From positions 992,001 through 1,056,000 of the forward strand of contig OY775910.1 of the NCBI GenBank assembly GCA_963675245.1: a stretch of 64,000 nt of DNA. Reading direction: 5' to 3'. The notes under the pieces were generated by a model. It had not been told where the DNA came from, ran no database searches, and saw only the letters and a program-made list of their open reading frames with translations. The translations under genes and the position numbers were made by a program. Positions within the stretch are counted from its first letter, which is position 1, and every line of letters starts with the position of its first letter. Below are positions 42,024-53,021 of the stretch, in pieces. The DNA comes from Acholeplasmataceae bacterium (GTDB lineage: Bacteria; Bacillota_I; Bacilli_A; Acholeplasmatales; Acholeplasmataceae).

Positions 42024-42147
42024 AAAAATATAAATTAATTATAAAGACTATAAAAACACGCTATATTTAGTGTGTTTTCTTTAATTGTATGACATATATG
42101 CCATACTTTTTTTGATTCACTTCCATTAAACTATTAAAAAGAAAGGA

Positions 42148-42597
42148 GTGCTAGCTATGCGTGCATACTATCTTGTAAAACAACATATGATTGTGAATGC
42201 AAAGACAATTATTGCAGATGAGAAGAATAATTTACTTTATCAACTCACAACGGATGGCATAAAGCACTCGTGGTCTTTAAAGACGTATGAAAAAGGATAT
42301 ACGCTTATTGTATTTGAACATGGATTTACACAAAGCTGCATAAGATTCAAATATTTAAATCATATATATACAGTTAAGAAAAGCGCATGGACTGCAAAGT
42401 ATCTTGTCAGTTGTTCAACAATTCAAGATTGTACATATACATATAAAAACGGATCATATAAAAGTCATTTCTATATTAATGATGAAGAACAATCCTATTA
42501 CGATGAAGACTCATCAATTATCGCAACCAATGAAAAAGACACAGTATTCTTATTACTCGTTCATTTAGCGGTTTACATCATCATGCATAGAACTTGA
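42148..42597 (+). CDS. Hypothetical protein, possibly LURP-one/Tubby_C-like; start probably ATG 42157
   Basis: YLVKQHM...IADEKNNLLYQL N-terminus and C-terminal hydrophobic helix. Confidence 0.5.
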   Translation: MLAMRAYYLVKQHMIVNAKTIIADEKNNLLYQLTTDGIKHSWSLKTYEKGYTLIVFEHGFTQSCIRFKYLNHIYTVKKSAWTAKYLVSCSTIQDCTYTYKNGSYKSHFYINDEEQSYYDEDSSIIATNEKDTVFLLLVHLAVYIIMHRT

Positions 42598-42678
42598 TAA
42601 CTAAAAGTACCCTTTCTCTCCAGGGTGCTTTTTTGTATAAAAAAACAGGTGATTTCCATCACCTGTTTGATTTGTCTA

Positions 42679-43278
42679 TTATCTGTTGTAGAATTCGACG
42701 ATAAGCTGTTCATTAACTTCTTGAATAATTTCATGTCTTTCTGGATAACGAACATATGTGCCTACGCCAGTGTCTTTGTTGTAATCTACGAATTCAGCAG
42801 TTGCAAATTGAGCTTCTAAAGCTTCTTGAACGACTTTTAAATTCTTTGATTTTTCTCTAAGTTGTACATTTTGTCCTGGTGTGAGACGGTACGATGGAAT
42901 ATCCACTTTCTTGCCATCGACAAGAATGTGACCATGGTTAACGAGCTGACGCGCTTGAGCTCTTGTACGAGCAAGTCCTAAACGGTAAACGATATTGTCT
43001 AAGCGTGATTCTAAGTAAGTTAAGAATACAACACCATGTTTACCTTGTGTACGGCCTGCTTCATCAAATGTTTTTCTGAATTGTTTTTCAGAAAGACCAT
43101 AAGTGAAACGTACTTTTTGCTTTTCTTGAAGTTGTAGACCATAACCACTGATTTTAGTACGACGTCTGCCATGTTGCCCTGGTGCATAAGGACGTTTTTT
43201 AAGTTCTTTACCAGTTTCAGAAACTGAGTAGTTTAAACGTCTTGATATTTTCCATGTAGATCCTGTGAAACGTGACAT
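42679..43278 (-). CDS. rpsD: 30S ribosomal protein S4
   Basis: [29 protein letters not shown]. Confidence 0.98.
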   Translation of the reverse strand: MSRFTGSTWKISRRLNYSVSETGKELKKRPYAPGQHGRRRTKISGYGLQLQEKQKVRFTYGLSEKQFRKTFDEAGRTQGKHGVVFLTYLESRLDNIVYRLGLARTRAQARQLVNHGHILVDGKKVDIPSYRLTPGQNVQLREKSKNLKVVQEALEAQFATAEFVDYNKDTGVGTYVRYPERHEIIQEVNEQLIVEFYNR

Positions 43279-43289
43279 CTTTTATACCT

Positions 43290-43437
43290 CCTTTTTAAGT
43301 TGGTCGTAAAAGATACAAATAATTAAATGATGAGTATCCCGATATTCTTTTCGCCTTCAAGCAGTAGAAGGTTACTAAGGGCTCCAAGTGGTAGGGATCG
43401 CAGCATAATCAAATATTTGCCTGCTTTTTACCGACGC
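43290..43437 (-). promoter_or_regulatory. Probable S4 autoregulatory leader
   Basis: Long structured 5' UTR (GTCGGTAAAA...TTTTACGAC closing helix, GTAACC and CCTTC/GAAGG hairpin) upstream of rpsD. Confidence 0.55.
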
Positions 43438-43450
43438 AATCTATTTTACC

Positions 43451-43909
43451 CTATAGGGTATGCTTTGTCAATTGTTTTATGATGATTTGTGAAAAGTCTT
43501 CTAAAAAGCCAACTAATGTGTCATCAAAACGGTTTAATACGGGGCTATCGATATCTAGAACCCCATATAATTCACTACCTAAATAAAGCGGAACAACGGT
43601 CTCTGAGCGACTATTAGCATCGCATGCGATATGATTAGCGTGATTTAACACATCAGCAATTACCATTGTTTCATTCTTTTTAGCAGATTCCCCACATACA
43701 CCTTCACCTAATTTAATCGTTGCACATGCGACTCTACCTTGAAATGGACCCACGTTTAAGACGTGACCATCAAAAAGATAAAAGCCTACCCAATTGAGTT
43801 CATCTAATATCTCATAGAGATAAGCAGATGCGTTCGCAAGAAGGGAAATGGCAGTTGGTTGTTCATTTAAAAGACTTTCTGCTGTTTCTAAAAATTCATT
43901 ATAATTCAT
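43451..43909 (-). CDS. GAF-domain free methionine-R-sulfoxide reductase (YtsP/MsrC-like)
   Basis: NWVGFYL, GPFQG..AC, GVCG, HIACD, LDIDSP. Confidence 0.85.
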   Translation of the reverse strand: MNYNEFLETAESLLNEQPTAISLLANASAYLYEILDELNWVGFYLFDGHVLNVGPFQGRVACATIKLGEGVCGESAKKNETMVIADVLNHANHIACDANSRSETVVPLYLGSELYGVLDIDSPVLNRFDDTLVGFLEDFSQIIIKQLTKHTL

Positions 43910-43965
43910 TAATATCACCGAAACCATTATAGCATAACATGTTATAATAGTTGTGGTGATTAAGG

Positions 43966-45225
43966 ATGAAAAAACAGATTTTAATACGCTTCGGTGATTT
44001 AGTTCTTAAAGGAAGAAATAAAGGTTTTTTTATTAAGGCCATTAGAACCCATGTCAAACATGCATTAAATGGGTTATCGGTTGATTTTAATAATACACAC
44101 GATCGGATGTATATTAAATTTCACGAGTCAGATCAAGATGAAATTATTAATAAACTTAAGAAAATTCCAGGTCTATATTCTTTCAGCTTAATTTATGAAA
44201 CAACAAATCAATTAGAAGATATTATAAAAACAGCCATAGTGGCTGCTAATGAACAATTAACAAATGAAACGTCAATTAAAATTGATACGAAACGTGCGGA
44301 TAAAACATATCCGCTTACAAGTTTAGAAGTTACACAAAAAATAGCTGGTCGTATTTTAGCCGGTGTTGATCACAAGATGGTTGTTGATGTGAGGCATCCA
44401 GATGCAGTGATTTATATCGAAATTAGACGAGATGTGTCATTTGTCTTTATAGGTCAAATATTTGGTATGGGTGGATTTCCATATGGCACTGCAGGTAAAG
44501 GGCTTGTCATGATGAGTGGTGGAATTGATAGTCCGATTGCTGCGTATTTAGCAATGAAACAAGGTATTCGTGTGGAACTATTCCATTTTGAATCGACGCC
44601 TTTAACACCGCTCGAGAGTGTTCAGAAAGTGATTGATCTTGCTAAAATATTATCAACCTACTCAGCCAATGGATCGATTAAATTGCATTTAGTACCGTTT
44701 ACGAATATTCATGAAAATTTATTGAAGAATGTGGCGGATTCTTATATTATTACCATCATGAGAAGAATGATGTATCGACTTGCTGAACGCTATGCAAACG
44801 AACAAGAAATCAATTGTTTGATTAACGGTGAATCTGTTGGTCAGGTCGCGAGTCAAACGCTAGCAAGTATAAAAGTTGTTGAAAATGTAACTAATATTCC
44901 TATCTTAAGACCCGTCATTACATATGATAAAAATGAGATTATTAAGTTAGCTTATGCGTTAGAATCATTTGACATATCAACAAGACCATTTAATGATTGT
45001 TGCAGTATATATGTACCAAGAAACCCGGTCACTAACCCTAATGTTCTATTCGCTGAAAGAGAAGAATTTAAGGTTGATTTTAGTTTAATGGATGAAGCAC
45101 TAGCAAACATTGTATCACTTGATATAACACCAAAATTAGATTTTGAAATCGCAAACTATGGATTTAGTGCGAATGAAGCGTATCAAGCGTTTAGAGAAGA
45201 TAAAAGAAAGAAGTATGATGAATGA
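43966..45225 (+). CDS. thiI: tRNA 4-thiouridine synthase
   Basis: LKGRNK, THUMP domain, SGGIDSP, GQVASQT, DCC. Confidence 0.93.
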   Translation: MKKQILIRFGDLVLKGRNKGFFIKAIRTHVKHALNGLSVDFNNTHDRMYIKFHESDQDEIINKLKKIPGLYSFSLIYETTNQLEDIIKTAIVAANEQLTNETSIKIDTKRADKTYPLTSLEVTQKIAGRILAGVDHKMVVDVRHPDAVIYIEIRRDVSFVFIGQIFGMGGFPYGTAGKGLVMMSGGIDSPIAAYLAMKQGIRVELFHFESTPLTPLESVQKVIDLAKILSTYSANGSIKLHLVPFTNIHENLLKNVADSYIITIMRRMMYRLAERYANEQEINCLINGESVGQVASQTLASIKVVENVTNIPILRPVITYDKNEIIKLAYALESFDISTRPFNDCCSIYVPRNPVTNPNVLFAEREEFKVDFSLMDEALANIVSLDITPKLDFEIANYGFSANEAYQAFREDKRKKYDE

Positions 45226-45920
45226 TTGAATCAAGACAAAATAAACAAATAAAGATTTGGATAAAATTGAAACAGAAAAAATACAGAGATCAATTTGACC
45301 GTTTTTTAGTTTATGGAGAACACCTCATTGAAAGAGCAAAAGCAGTAGGTGCACTTGAAGAAATCATCACAGACAATCCAGATAAAGAAGGGACATTGAT
45401 TGCACCTGAATTAATGAAAGAATTACAACAAACAGCAAGTTATATTGATCAAATTGGTGTTTGTAAAATGACAAATAAACCGATGAAATCGGATGCTGTT
45501 TTAGTATTAGATGATGTCCAAGATCCCGATAATGTTGGTGCACTTATGAGAAGCGCAGTAGCATTTGGATTTAATCATGTCATCTTAAGTTATGGATGTG
45601 CTGATATGTATAACGAAAAAGTTATCCGCGCATCTAAGGGTGCTTTGTTTGATTGTTATGTAGAAAGAAAACCGCTTGATAAAGCGTTATCCAGTTTAAA
45701 AGAAAATGGCTATCAAGTGCTTGCTGCAGATGCACATCAAAAAGGATCATTGAAAGAAACACATAAAATTGCACTTATATTGGGCAATGAAGGACATGGT
45801 ATATCAGATGATGTTTTACCGTTTGTTGATCAATTTGTTACAATAAAAACAAAGACGGTTGAAAGTCTTAATGTCAGTGTTGCAGGTGCAATTATCATGA
45901 GAGATTGGAGTTTATTATGA
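45222..45920 (+). CDS. TrmH/SpoU-family RNA methyltransferase
   Basis: VQDPDNVGALMRS, GNEGHG, ESLNVSVA. Confidence 0.9.
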   Translation: MIESRQNKQIKIWIKLKQKKYRDQFDRFLVYGEHLIERAKAVGALEEIITDNPDKEGTLIAPELMKELQQTASYIDQIGVCKMTNKPMKSDAVLVLDDVQDPDNVGALMRSAVAFGFNHVILSYGCADMYNEKVIRASKGALFDCYVERKPLDKALSSLKENGYQVLAADAHQKGSLKETHKIALILGNEGHGISDDVLPFVDQFVTIKTKTVESLNVSVAGAIIMRDWSLL

Positions 45921-46822
45921 AAGCGAAACTAACAGCGTTTTTTGATCACGATGGCAAGCTTCCATTAGAAGATAGACTAGCGTTAGCTAAGCATCATGGT
46001 ATTGATTCAATAGGATTAAGAAGTTATCAAAATAAGCCATTAATCGAAATGACAGAACGTGATGCGAAAGATGTTTATCAACTGTTTAAACAAGCCAATA
46101 TGAATCTGTCATTTTTGGATGACAACATCGGTGATTATGATTTGAATAGTGATTCTAAATATAAAGAACACTTAGAGCAATTCAAATTTCTAATTGAATT
46201 ATCTGATCGTTTAAAAACAAACACGTTATGTTTAAGACTTCCTCAATTTACGAAAGTGATTGATGAATTTGAAAATATAAGTTTTAGACTCACACCTTTT
46301 TTTGAAGCAGCTAGTAAAAGAAGAAAACGGATATGGATTGTACCTTCTAATGATTATAAGGCAAATACATATGCGTATATATTTAAAAAGATGAAAACAT
46401 CACATGTCGGCATGTTATTTGATCCAGTATACTTTATGGATATTAAACAATCGAATACAACCGCTTATCGCTTATTAAAACGATATATCGACGTGTTTGC
46501 ATGTCATGATAAAGATCATAAAGGTAATCCTAGACTTTTAGGATATGGAAAAACTGATGTCATTGGATTATTTAAACGTTTAACGAGGGATCGTTATAAT
46601 GGGATGTTGTTAGTGGATAATGATTTTTATCATCAAGTGTTTGCCGAACCAGCAACAAAAAAAGGCCTTTTTGGTTTCGGCTATAAGAAACAGCAAAAAC
46701 AAAAAGATGCCTTACAGAAAGAACTTTCACATGTGCTCTTCCCAAATGAACAGACAAGAGTCTGTACATATGATGATGTTTTATCAAATCAAATTCGTTT
46801 GGTTAAAGTATTGTTTTCTTAA
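45917..46822 (+). CDS. Sugar-phosphate isomerase/epimerase-like TIM-barrel protein
   Basis: MLFDPVYF, HDKD, LGYGKTD resemble AP_endonuc_2 fold motifs. Confidence 0.6.
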   Translation: MKAKLTAFFDHDGKLPLEDRLALAKHHGIDSIGLRSYQNKPLIEMTERDAKDVYQLFKQANMNLSFLDDNIGDYDLNSDSKYKEHLEQFKFLIELSDRLKTNTLCLRLPQFTKVIDEFENISFRLTPFFEAASKRRKRIWIVPSNDYKANTYAYIFKKMKTSHVGMLFDPVYFMDIKQSNTTAYRLLKRYIDVFACHDKDHKGNPRLLGYGKTDVIGLFKRLTRDRYNGMLLVDNDFYHQVFAEPATKKGLFGFGYKKQQKQKDALQKELSHVLFPNEQTRVCTYDDVLSNQIRLVKVLFS

Positions 46823-47403
46823 ATCTCAGCGTCTTCTTCGTTTTCTGGAATTTCAAAGGCAGGCGCTGCATTTGGAATGTTTGGGAAGAGTTTAGAGGTG
46901 AAAAGAATACCATCCAAGTGATCAAGTTCATGTTGGAAAACAATACCCACATAACCTTCTAGATGAAGTTTGATAGGTATCACTTTATCTGCCGGTATAT
47001 CATAAGACAAAGCTTCTAACGTAATTGTTTTATAACGTGGTGTGAGACCAATTGTTTCACGGTCGACGGATAAACATCCTTCACCACCAGGTACATAAAT
47101 AAGCTCACTACTCTTTTCTGTAATAACAGGATTGATGAGTGCGAAAGAATAAAGCGTCCCATCAAAGTCTGTGACATGTACAGCATACATTCTTTTAGAC
47201 ACGTTGACTTGTGGCGCAGCGATACCAACGGCAGGTCTTAGTTCGTATTTTTCAACCATGTCAGGATCCTGAGAGTTTTTAACAAATTGTAGTAAATCGA
47301 TTAGTAAACGTTTATCAGCCACTGATAAAGGAAGTTTCACTGGTTTAGCGACTGTCACGAGGGTTTTATGCCCTTCTCGAATGACATTTTTCATAGTTAT
47401 CAT
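46819..47403 (-). CDS. def: Peptide deformylase
   Basis: GIAAPQ, EGCLS, QHELDH. Confidence 0.95.
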   Translation of the reverse strand: MITMKNVIREGHKTLVTVAKPVKLPLSVADKRLLIDLLQFVKNSQDPDMVEKYELRPAVGIAAPQVNVSKRMYAVHVTDFDGTLYSFALINPVITEKSSELIYVPGGEGCLSVDRETIGLTPRYKTITLEALSYDIPADKVIPIKLHLEGYVGIVFQHELDHLDGILFTSKLFPNIPNAAPAFEIPENEEDAEI

Positions 47404-47518
47404 AAATCATCCACCTCATTCATATTATAGCATAGGAAGTTATGGCATGCTATTAGGATGTGTGGTAGGTCACATGATACAATATAAGTATGAAAAAAAA
47501 TAGTAAAAGGAAAAAATT

Positions 47519-47911
47519 ATGACAGATATCATTTTACAAGCATATAATGTTTTGGATGAAATTGTGAAAGATCCTGATGTTATAGCTTTAAAAAAATTAA
47601 ATAAAGAAATTGATGAAAAATTTTCCAATGAAATCAAAGCTTTTAGTGAAGCTAAGAATGTCTATGATGATGTGATGTCAACAGGTGGGCATTATCATCC
47701 GGATTTTAAAAAAGTGACACTAAAGTTATCTGAGGCAAAATCAACACTCTATCAAAAACCTGAAGTAAGTGATTATTTAAAGTTAGAGAAAAAAGTTGAG
47801 ACAAAACTAAATGATTTATTAAGAGAAATGACAAATCGTATTTCGTCACATATCCCAACACCAAATGCAATCGGTATCGTGAAAAAGGGAGGTAGTTGCC
47901 ATGTTGGTTAA
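47519..47911 (+). CDS. YlbF/YmcA-family regulator
   Basis: GHYHPDF motif, C-terminal GGSC; upstream of YlbG-like gene. Confidence 0.75.
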   Translation: MTDIILQAYNVLDEIVKDPDVIALKKLNKEIDEKFSNEIKAFSEAKNVYDDVMSTGGHYHPDFKKVTLKLSEAKSTLYQKPEVSDYLKLEKKVETKLNDLLREMTNRISSHIPTPNAIGIVKKGGSCHVG

Positions 47912-48137
47912 TCGTATGAGCTATGTGGTTTTCTTTAAAGGAAATCAAGTAGTTAACAAATTGGCAGAGCTGCCAGTAAATGTCACATATGTTTCAAAAA
48001 AGAAAAGGTTCGCGATTATTTATACGGATAAAGCTAACGAAGAAAGCATTAAAAAAGCATTAAAAAATATTAAAGGGTTTAAAGGATTTACACCATCACA
48101 AACCTTTGATGAAAATTTAAATTTTGATGTTAAGTAA
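47901..48137 (+). CDS. YlbG/DUF2129-family protein
   Basis: NRMSYVVF...YVSKKKRFAIIY. Confidence 0.75.
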   Translation: MLVNRMSYVVFFKGNQVVNKLAELPVNVTYVSKKKRFAIIYTDKANEESIKKALKNIKGFKGFTPSQTFDENLNFDVK

Positions 48138-48207
48138 AAAACCTTGACACTAACGGTTTTTTATGTATAATAGGAATGTACATTTGTTTTAGAAAGAGAG
48201 TGAAAAT

Positions 48208-48450
48208 ATGGCAGTAAAATTAAGATTACAACGTTATGGTACACACAAGACACCTTATTATCGCGTCGTAGCAAGCGATTCACGTCGTTCAAGAGATGGA
48301 AAATTCTTAGAAATTCTTGGCACATATGATCCGCTTAAAGGCGTTGTATCAGTAGATGCAGACAAAGTCCAAAAATGGATATCAAATGGTGCACAACCTA
48401 CAGATACAGTTAAGAGTCTTATTAAGAAGTATCACGTACTAAGTAAATAA
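48208..48450 (+). CDS. rpsP: 30S ribosomal protein S16
   Basis: MAVKLRL...[14 protein letters not shown]...GAQPTDTV. Confidence 0.97.
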   Translation: MAVKLRLQRYGTHKTPYYRVVASDSRRSRDGKFLEILGTYDPLKGVVSVDADKVQKWISNGAQPTDTVKSLIKKYHVLSK

Positions 48451-48466
48451 ATAGGGGGTTTAGAAA

Positions 48467-48721
48467 ATGGCAATAGATTTTGAAAAACTAATCAAAAATA
48501 TCGTTGTGCCATTAGTCGTTAACCCGGATGACGTTTTAGTAAAGATTATATCAGATGATGGTGATATACTTGCCATTCAACTGCTAGTCAATGAAGCTGA
48601 TTTAGGTCGTGTTATTGGTAAAGGCGGAAAGATTGCTAATGCTATGCGCACAATTGTTTATGCAGGTGCTTCGAAAGAAAATAAGCGCGTGCATATCGAT
48701 ATTGACTCTTATCAGTTTTAG
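48467..48721 (+). CDS. khpA: KH-domain RNA-binding protein
   Basis: DLGRVIGKGG; located between rpsP and rimM. Confidence 0.88.
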   Translation: MAIDFEKLIKNIVVPLVVNPDDVLVKIISDDGDILAIQLLVNEADLGRVIGKGGKIANAMRTIVYAGASKENKRVHIDIDSYQF

Positions 48722-48724
48722 GGA

Positions 48725-49219
48725 TTGAGTATGTATCTGATTGGCCGGATTGCGAGTACTCATGGTATTCGTGGTGAGCTAAAAGTCGACAGCTTAAGTG
48801 ACTTTGAACGCTTTAAGCCGGGGAAAACAGTCTATATTGAAGAAAACGGCATGCACATACCCTTTGAGATTGAAAGTGTCAGAGAGCATAAGAACAGGTA
48901 TCTTGTTAAGTTCGTTGGTAAAGATAATATCAATGATGTCTTAATGTATAGAGGTTTAAAACTATATGCAGAAGATAAACCTGAAGATGTGCTTGAGGAA
49001 GATGAGTATTATTACGAAGACCTTATAGGGAAACTTGTGAAAACGGATCAAGGCGAAGACATTGGTGTTATTTCAAGTTTAATTGAAGTACCACAGGGTC
49101 ATTTACTAGAAGTTAAGAAAACTAATGGTAAAAAAGTGTTGATACCTTTTGTCTCGTTCTTTGTAAGTCGTGTTGACGATCAAACGGTCGTGATTAAACC
49201 GATTGAAGGGTTATTATGA
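48725..49219 (+). CDS. rimM: Ribosome maturation factor
   Basis: THGIRGELKV, EYYYEDLIG, LIPFV. Confidence 0.93.
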   Translation: MSMYLIGRIASTHGIRGELKVDSLSDFERFKPGKTVYIEENGMHIPFEIESVREHKNRYLVKFVGKDNINDVLMYRGLKLYAEDKPEDVLEEDEYYYEDLIGKLVKTDQGEDIGVISSLIEVPQGHLLEVKKTNGKKVLIPFVSFFVSRVDDQTVVIKPIEGLL

Positions 49220-49941
49220 AGATTGATATCCTAACAATATTTCCAGAGTTTTTTGACGCATTTTTAAATACATCGAAGATTAAGCACGCTATAGAAGATG
49301 GACAAGCAGTAATTACTTGTCATCAACTTAGAGATTATGCAGTTAGAAAACACGGCAATATCGATGACACACCTTATGGTGGTGGTGTTGGTATGCTCAT
49401 GCAATTTCCACCTTTTTATGAAGCGATTAAATCGCTAAAAGAAAAAGATTCGAAAATTTATTTGATGAGCCCACAAGGAAAACTCTTTAATCAAAAAATG
49501 GCACAAAGCCTTTCACATGAAAAGCATATGATATTGTTATGTGGACATTATGAAGGTGTGGATGCAAGAGTCTTAGACATCATTGATGGTGAAATATCTA
49601 TTGGTGATTATGTCTTAACAGGTGGAGAAATTCCAGCGATGATCGTAACAGATGCCGTTGTGAGATTACTTCCTGATGTGATTCATGAAGCATCAAGTGC
49701 GACGGATAGTTTATCGAATGGCTGGTTAAAATATCCCCAGTACACCAAACCGGAAACCTATAAAGGTTACTCGGTTCCAGATATCTTATTATCAGGACAT
49801 CATGCGAATATTGAAGCATGGCGTAAGAAAGAATCCATGACATCAACGTATAAAAAACGCAAAGATCTTATTAAAAAGATTAAAATGACTGATGAAGAAA
49901 AAGATATATTAGAAACAATCAAATTGGAACATAAACGATAG
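49216..49941 (+). CDS. trmD: tRNA (guanine37-N1)-methyltransferase
   Basis: DDTPYGGG, CGHYEGVD, SIGDYVLTGGE. Confidence 0.96.
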   Translation: MKIDILTIFPEFFDAFLNTSKIKHAIEDGQAVITCHQLRDYAVRKHGNIDDTPYGGGVGMLMQFPPFYEAIKSLKEKDSKIYLMSPQGKLFNQKMAQSLSHEKHMILLCGHYEGVDARVLDIIDGEISIGDYVLTGGEIPAMIVTDAVVRLLPDVIHEASSATDSLSNGWLKYPQYTKPETYKGYSVPDILLSGHHANIEAWRKKESMTSTYKKRKDLIKKIKMTDEEKDILETIKLEHKR

Positions 49942-49997
49942 TTGAAGATTTAACTAGAGTTTGTTATAATAAATAAGCCTATATCAAGAAAGAATGC

Positions 49998-50032
49998 AAT
50001 GGTCCGCTGTTAAAAAGAGTAACAAGAACATT
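49998..50032 (+). promoter_or_regulatory. L19 leader
   Basis: ATGGTCCGCTGTT...AACAAGAACATT just upstream of rplS. Confidence 0.65.
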
Positions 50033-50056
50033 GGAAAGAAAGAGAGTGAGTCAAAC

Positions 50057-50413
50057 ATGGCAAAATTAAAAGGGCAAGCGCTAATCGCTGAAATCACGAA
50101 AGGATACATCAAAGAAGTTCCTGAATTTAATGCTGGCGATACTGTTAAAGTATACGTAAAGATTAAAGAAGGCGACAAAGAACGTATCCAGCTTTTCGAA
50201 GGTCTTGTGATTAAAAGACAAGGCGGCGGTGTATCAGAAACATTTACAGTTCGTAAGGTTTCTTATGGTATTGGTGTGGAAAGAACTTTCCCAGTTCATT
50301 CACCAGCAATTGATCATATCGACGTTGCAAGACGTGGTAAGGTCAGACGTGCAAAACTACATTACATCCGTACATTATCAGCTAAGGCATCAAGAATTAA
50401 AGAAAAGCGCTAA
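50057..50413 (+). CDS. rplS: 50S ribosomal protein L19
   Basis: [29 protein letters not shown]. Confidence 0.97.
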   Translation: MAKLKGQALIAEITKGYIKEVPEFNAGDTVKVYVKIKEGDKERIQLFEGLVIKRQGGGVSETFTVRKVSYGIGVERTFPVHSPAIDHIDVARRGKVRRAKLHYIRTLSAKASRIKEKR

Positions 50414-50558
50414 AACATTAAAGGAGCTCATGCTCCTTTTTTGTTAAATGAATATAAATGAAAAAACTTTCATAAACTTTCATAAAACTATTGAAAGCCT
50501 TTTCATATTATGATACAATAGGTTTGAAGTTTTGAAAAATTTAAAGGAGTGATTTTAT

Positions 50559-51554
50559 ATGAGTAACGCAACTATATATGATGTCGCAGGCGCAGCTGGT
50601 GTCTCACTTGCTACCGTCTCACGTGTACTCAATAATCCTGAAAAGGTTAAAGAAGAAACTAGACAACGTGTATTGAAAGTCATCAAAGAATTAGGGTATC
50701 GTCCAAACGTGATTGCAAGGGGCTTAGCAAGCAGAAAAACAACCACTGTAGGCATCGTTATTTCTGATGTCACAAGAGCTTCAGTATCTGAAATGCTTGG
50801 TGGTATTAGTGATATTGCTCATAATTATAAGTATTCAATCAAATTGTTCTCAATCCGCGAAGATATGGATGTTATGGATGTCTTAAAAGATATCGTGGCT
50901 GAACAGGTTGATGGTGTACTTTATTTAAATGACGAACTTAATGAAAATAGAGTAGAAGAAGTGAAAGGTATTTTCCAAGATAATCAAATTCCATTTGTTT
51001 TCGCGAATGTTGTTTCTGATGATCCTGAAGTACCAATGGTCTCTATTGATTATGAAAAAGCTGGTTATGAAATCACGAAACTTATGTTAGATGATAAACG
51101 TAAAGACGTTTATTTATTATCAACTGCTAGACGTTACTCAGTAAATGATAAAAAAGAAGCTGGTTATACAAAGGCGATGCGTGAAGCTGGCCTAGAACCA
51201 AAGATCTTTAGAACAAGCGGCGATACACATATTAATCGTCAACACTTTAAAACGTTTTTCAGTGACAAACGTATCGATGCTGCGATTGGCGTCAGAGACT
51301 CAATTGCTGTATCATTTATGAATGTCTCAATTGAAGAAGGTGTTAAAGTACCTAAAGCATTATGTGTTGCAGGTTTCCAAAACACGAAATATGCATTATT
51401 AAGTCGTCCCAACTTGACATCTATTGATGTTCCAGTGTATGATATTGGTGCAGTTTCAATGAGACTGTTAACGAAGTTAATGAGCTCTAAAGATGTTGAT
51501 AATATCAGAATTATTTTGCCACATTATATCGTTAAACGTCAAACAACAAATTAA
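50559..51554 (+). CDS. ccpA: Catabolite control protein A (LacI family)
   Basis: TIYDVA..AGVSLATVSRV, ARGLASRKTTTVG, YDIGAVSMRLLTKLM. Confidence 0.88.
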   Translation: MSNATIYDVAGAAGVSLATVSRVLNNPEKVKEETRQRVLKVIKELGYRPNVIARGLASRKTTTVGIVISDVTRASVSEMLGGISDIAHNYKYSIKLFSIREDMDVMDVLKDIVAEQVDGVLYLNDELNENRVEEVKGIFQDNQIPFVFANVVSDDPEVPMVSIDYEKAGYEITKLMLDDKRKDVYLLSTARRYSVNDKKEAGYTKAMREAGLEPKIFRTSGDTHINRQHFKTFFSDKRIDAAIGVRDSIAVSFMNVSIEEGVKVPKALCVAGFQNTKYALLSRPNLTSIDVPVYDIGAVSMRLLTKLMSSKDVDNIRIILPHYIVKRQTTN

Positions 51555-51559
51555 TCAAT

Positions 51560-51748
51560 CGATGAAACAATTAAAGTAGATTTATTTAAACCTTAAATAG
51601 AGATTCCATGAGAGTGTAACATGGAAAGAAAAAATAAATTGAAATACGCTTGTGGAGATTATATAAACATTTGAGGGCTAGGAAACTAGAACTAAGGTGG
51701 TACCGCGATAATATGTCGTCCTTAGATTATTTTAAGGACGATCTTTTT
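51560..51748 (+). promoter_or_regulatory. T-box riboswitch (Tyr)
   Basis: AAGGTGGTACCGCG at 51694-51707, specifier TAC at 51645-51647, terminator TCGTCCTTA...TAAGGACGA-TCTTTTT. Confidence 0.9.
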
Positions 51749-51767
51749 ATGAAAAAAGGAGAACAAG

Positions 51768-53012
51768 ATGAAATTATATGATGAATTAATATGGCGAGGA
51801 CTCATCAAGGATGTTTCTGATGAAACGCTTGCTAGAAAATTATTAAACGATGAAAAAGTTAAATTCTATTGTGGTTTTGATCCTACGGGTCAATCACTTA
51901 CTGTTGGACACTTAGTTCAAGTGGTTCGTATTTTACTATTGGAAAAATATGGCCATACGCCTATTGTATTAATTGGTGGTGCAACGGGTTTGATCGGAGA
52001 TCCAAAACAAACAGCCGAAAGAAAGTTATTAACCGTTGAAGAGTCTTTAGCGAATGCGGAAAAGATTAAAATTCAACTCAGCCAGTTTATTGATCAAAAC
52101 AAGGCTATTTTTGTAAATAACTACGATTGGATTAAAGAAATTGATATGATCGCATTCTTACGTGATTACGGAAAACTCTTTTCTATTAATTATATGTTAG
52201 CCAAAGATACGGTTCAAAGAAGACTCGATATTGGTATTTCATATACAGAATTTTCATATATGTTATTGCAAGCAATTGACTTCTTAAAGTTATATCAAAA
52301 TGAAGGATGTCAAATGCAATTTGGTGGTTCTGATCAATGGGGTAATATCACCACAGGACTTGAAATGATTAGGAAGGTTGAAGGTGATAAAGCTGAAGCA
52401 GTTGGTTTATCATCACCACTCTTATTGAAAGCGGATGGAACGAAATTTGGTAAAAGCGAATCAGGCACACTTTGGTTAGATGCTGATTTAACTAGTCCTT
52501 ATGAACTCTATCAATATTTCGTCAATGCAGCAGATGCAGATGTTGATCACTACTTAAAGATGTTAACACTTCTTGAAAAAGAAGAGATCCTACGTTTAGA
52601 ACAAGAAGCAAAAGAAGCACCTGAAAAACGTGAAGCACAAAAAACGTTAGCTGGTGAAGTAGTTAAATTAGTTCATGGCGAAGAAGCGCTTAATGAAGCG
52701 ATTAAAGTCACGGATGCGTTGTTTAGTGGCGATTTTAATGATCTCTCTGAAAAAGCATTCAACATGTTAGCCAAAACGTTAGATACAGTTCAAGTATCAG
52801 ATGATGTGAATATTGTTGATGCATTGATTGATGCGAAACTCGCATCATCAAAACGTGAAGCAAGACAATTTGTTGAAGGTCATGCAGTATCGGTTAACGG
52901 TGAAAAACAATCAGATTTAGCGTATATGCTATCGGCATCTGGTGCGTTTTATCAAAGATATACAGTGATTAGAAGAGGTAAGAAAAAGTACGCTTTAATC
53001 GCGTTTAGCTAG
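51768..53012 (+). CDS. tyrS: Tyrosine--tRNA ligase
   Basis: [26 protein letters not shown]. Confidence 0.97.
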   Translation: MKLYDELIWRGLIKDVSDETLARKLLNDEKVKFYCGFDPTGQSLTVGHLVQVVRILLLEKYGHTPIVLIGGATGLIGDPKQTAERKLLTVEESLANAEKIKIQLSQFIDQNKAIFVNNYDWIKEIDMIAFLRDYGKLFSINYMLAKDTVQRRLDIGISYTEFSYMLLQAIDFLKLYQNEGCQMQFGGSDQWGNITTGLEMIRKVEGDKAEAVGLSSPLLLKADGTKFGKSESGTLWLDADLTSPYELYQYFVNAADADVDHYLKMLTLLEKEEILRLEQEAKEAPEKREAQKTLAGEVVKLVHGEEALNEAIKVTDALFSGDFNDLSEKAFNMLAKTLDTVQVSDDVNIVDALIDAKLASSKREARQFVEGHAVSVNGEKQSDLAYMLSASGAFYQRYTVIRRGKKKYALIAFS

Positions 53013-53021
53013 GAGGCTACG

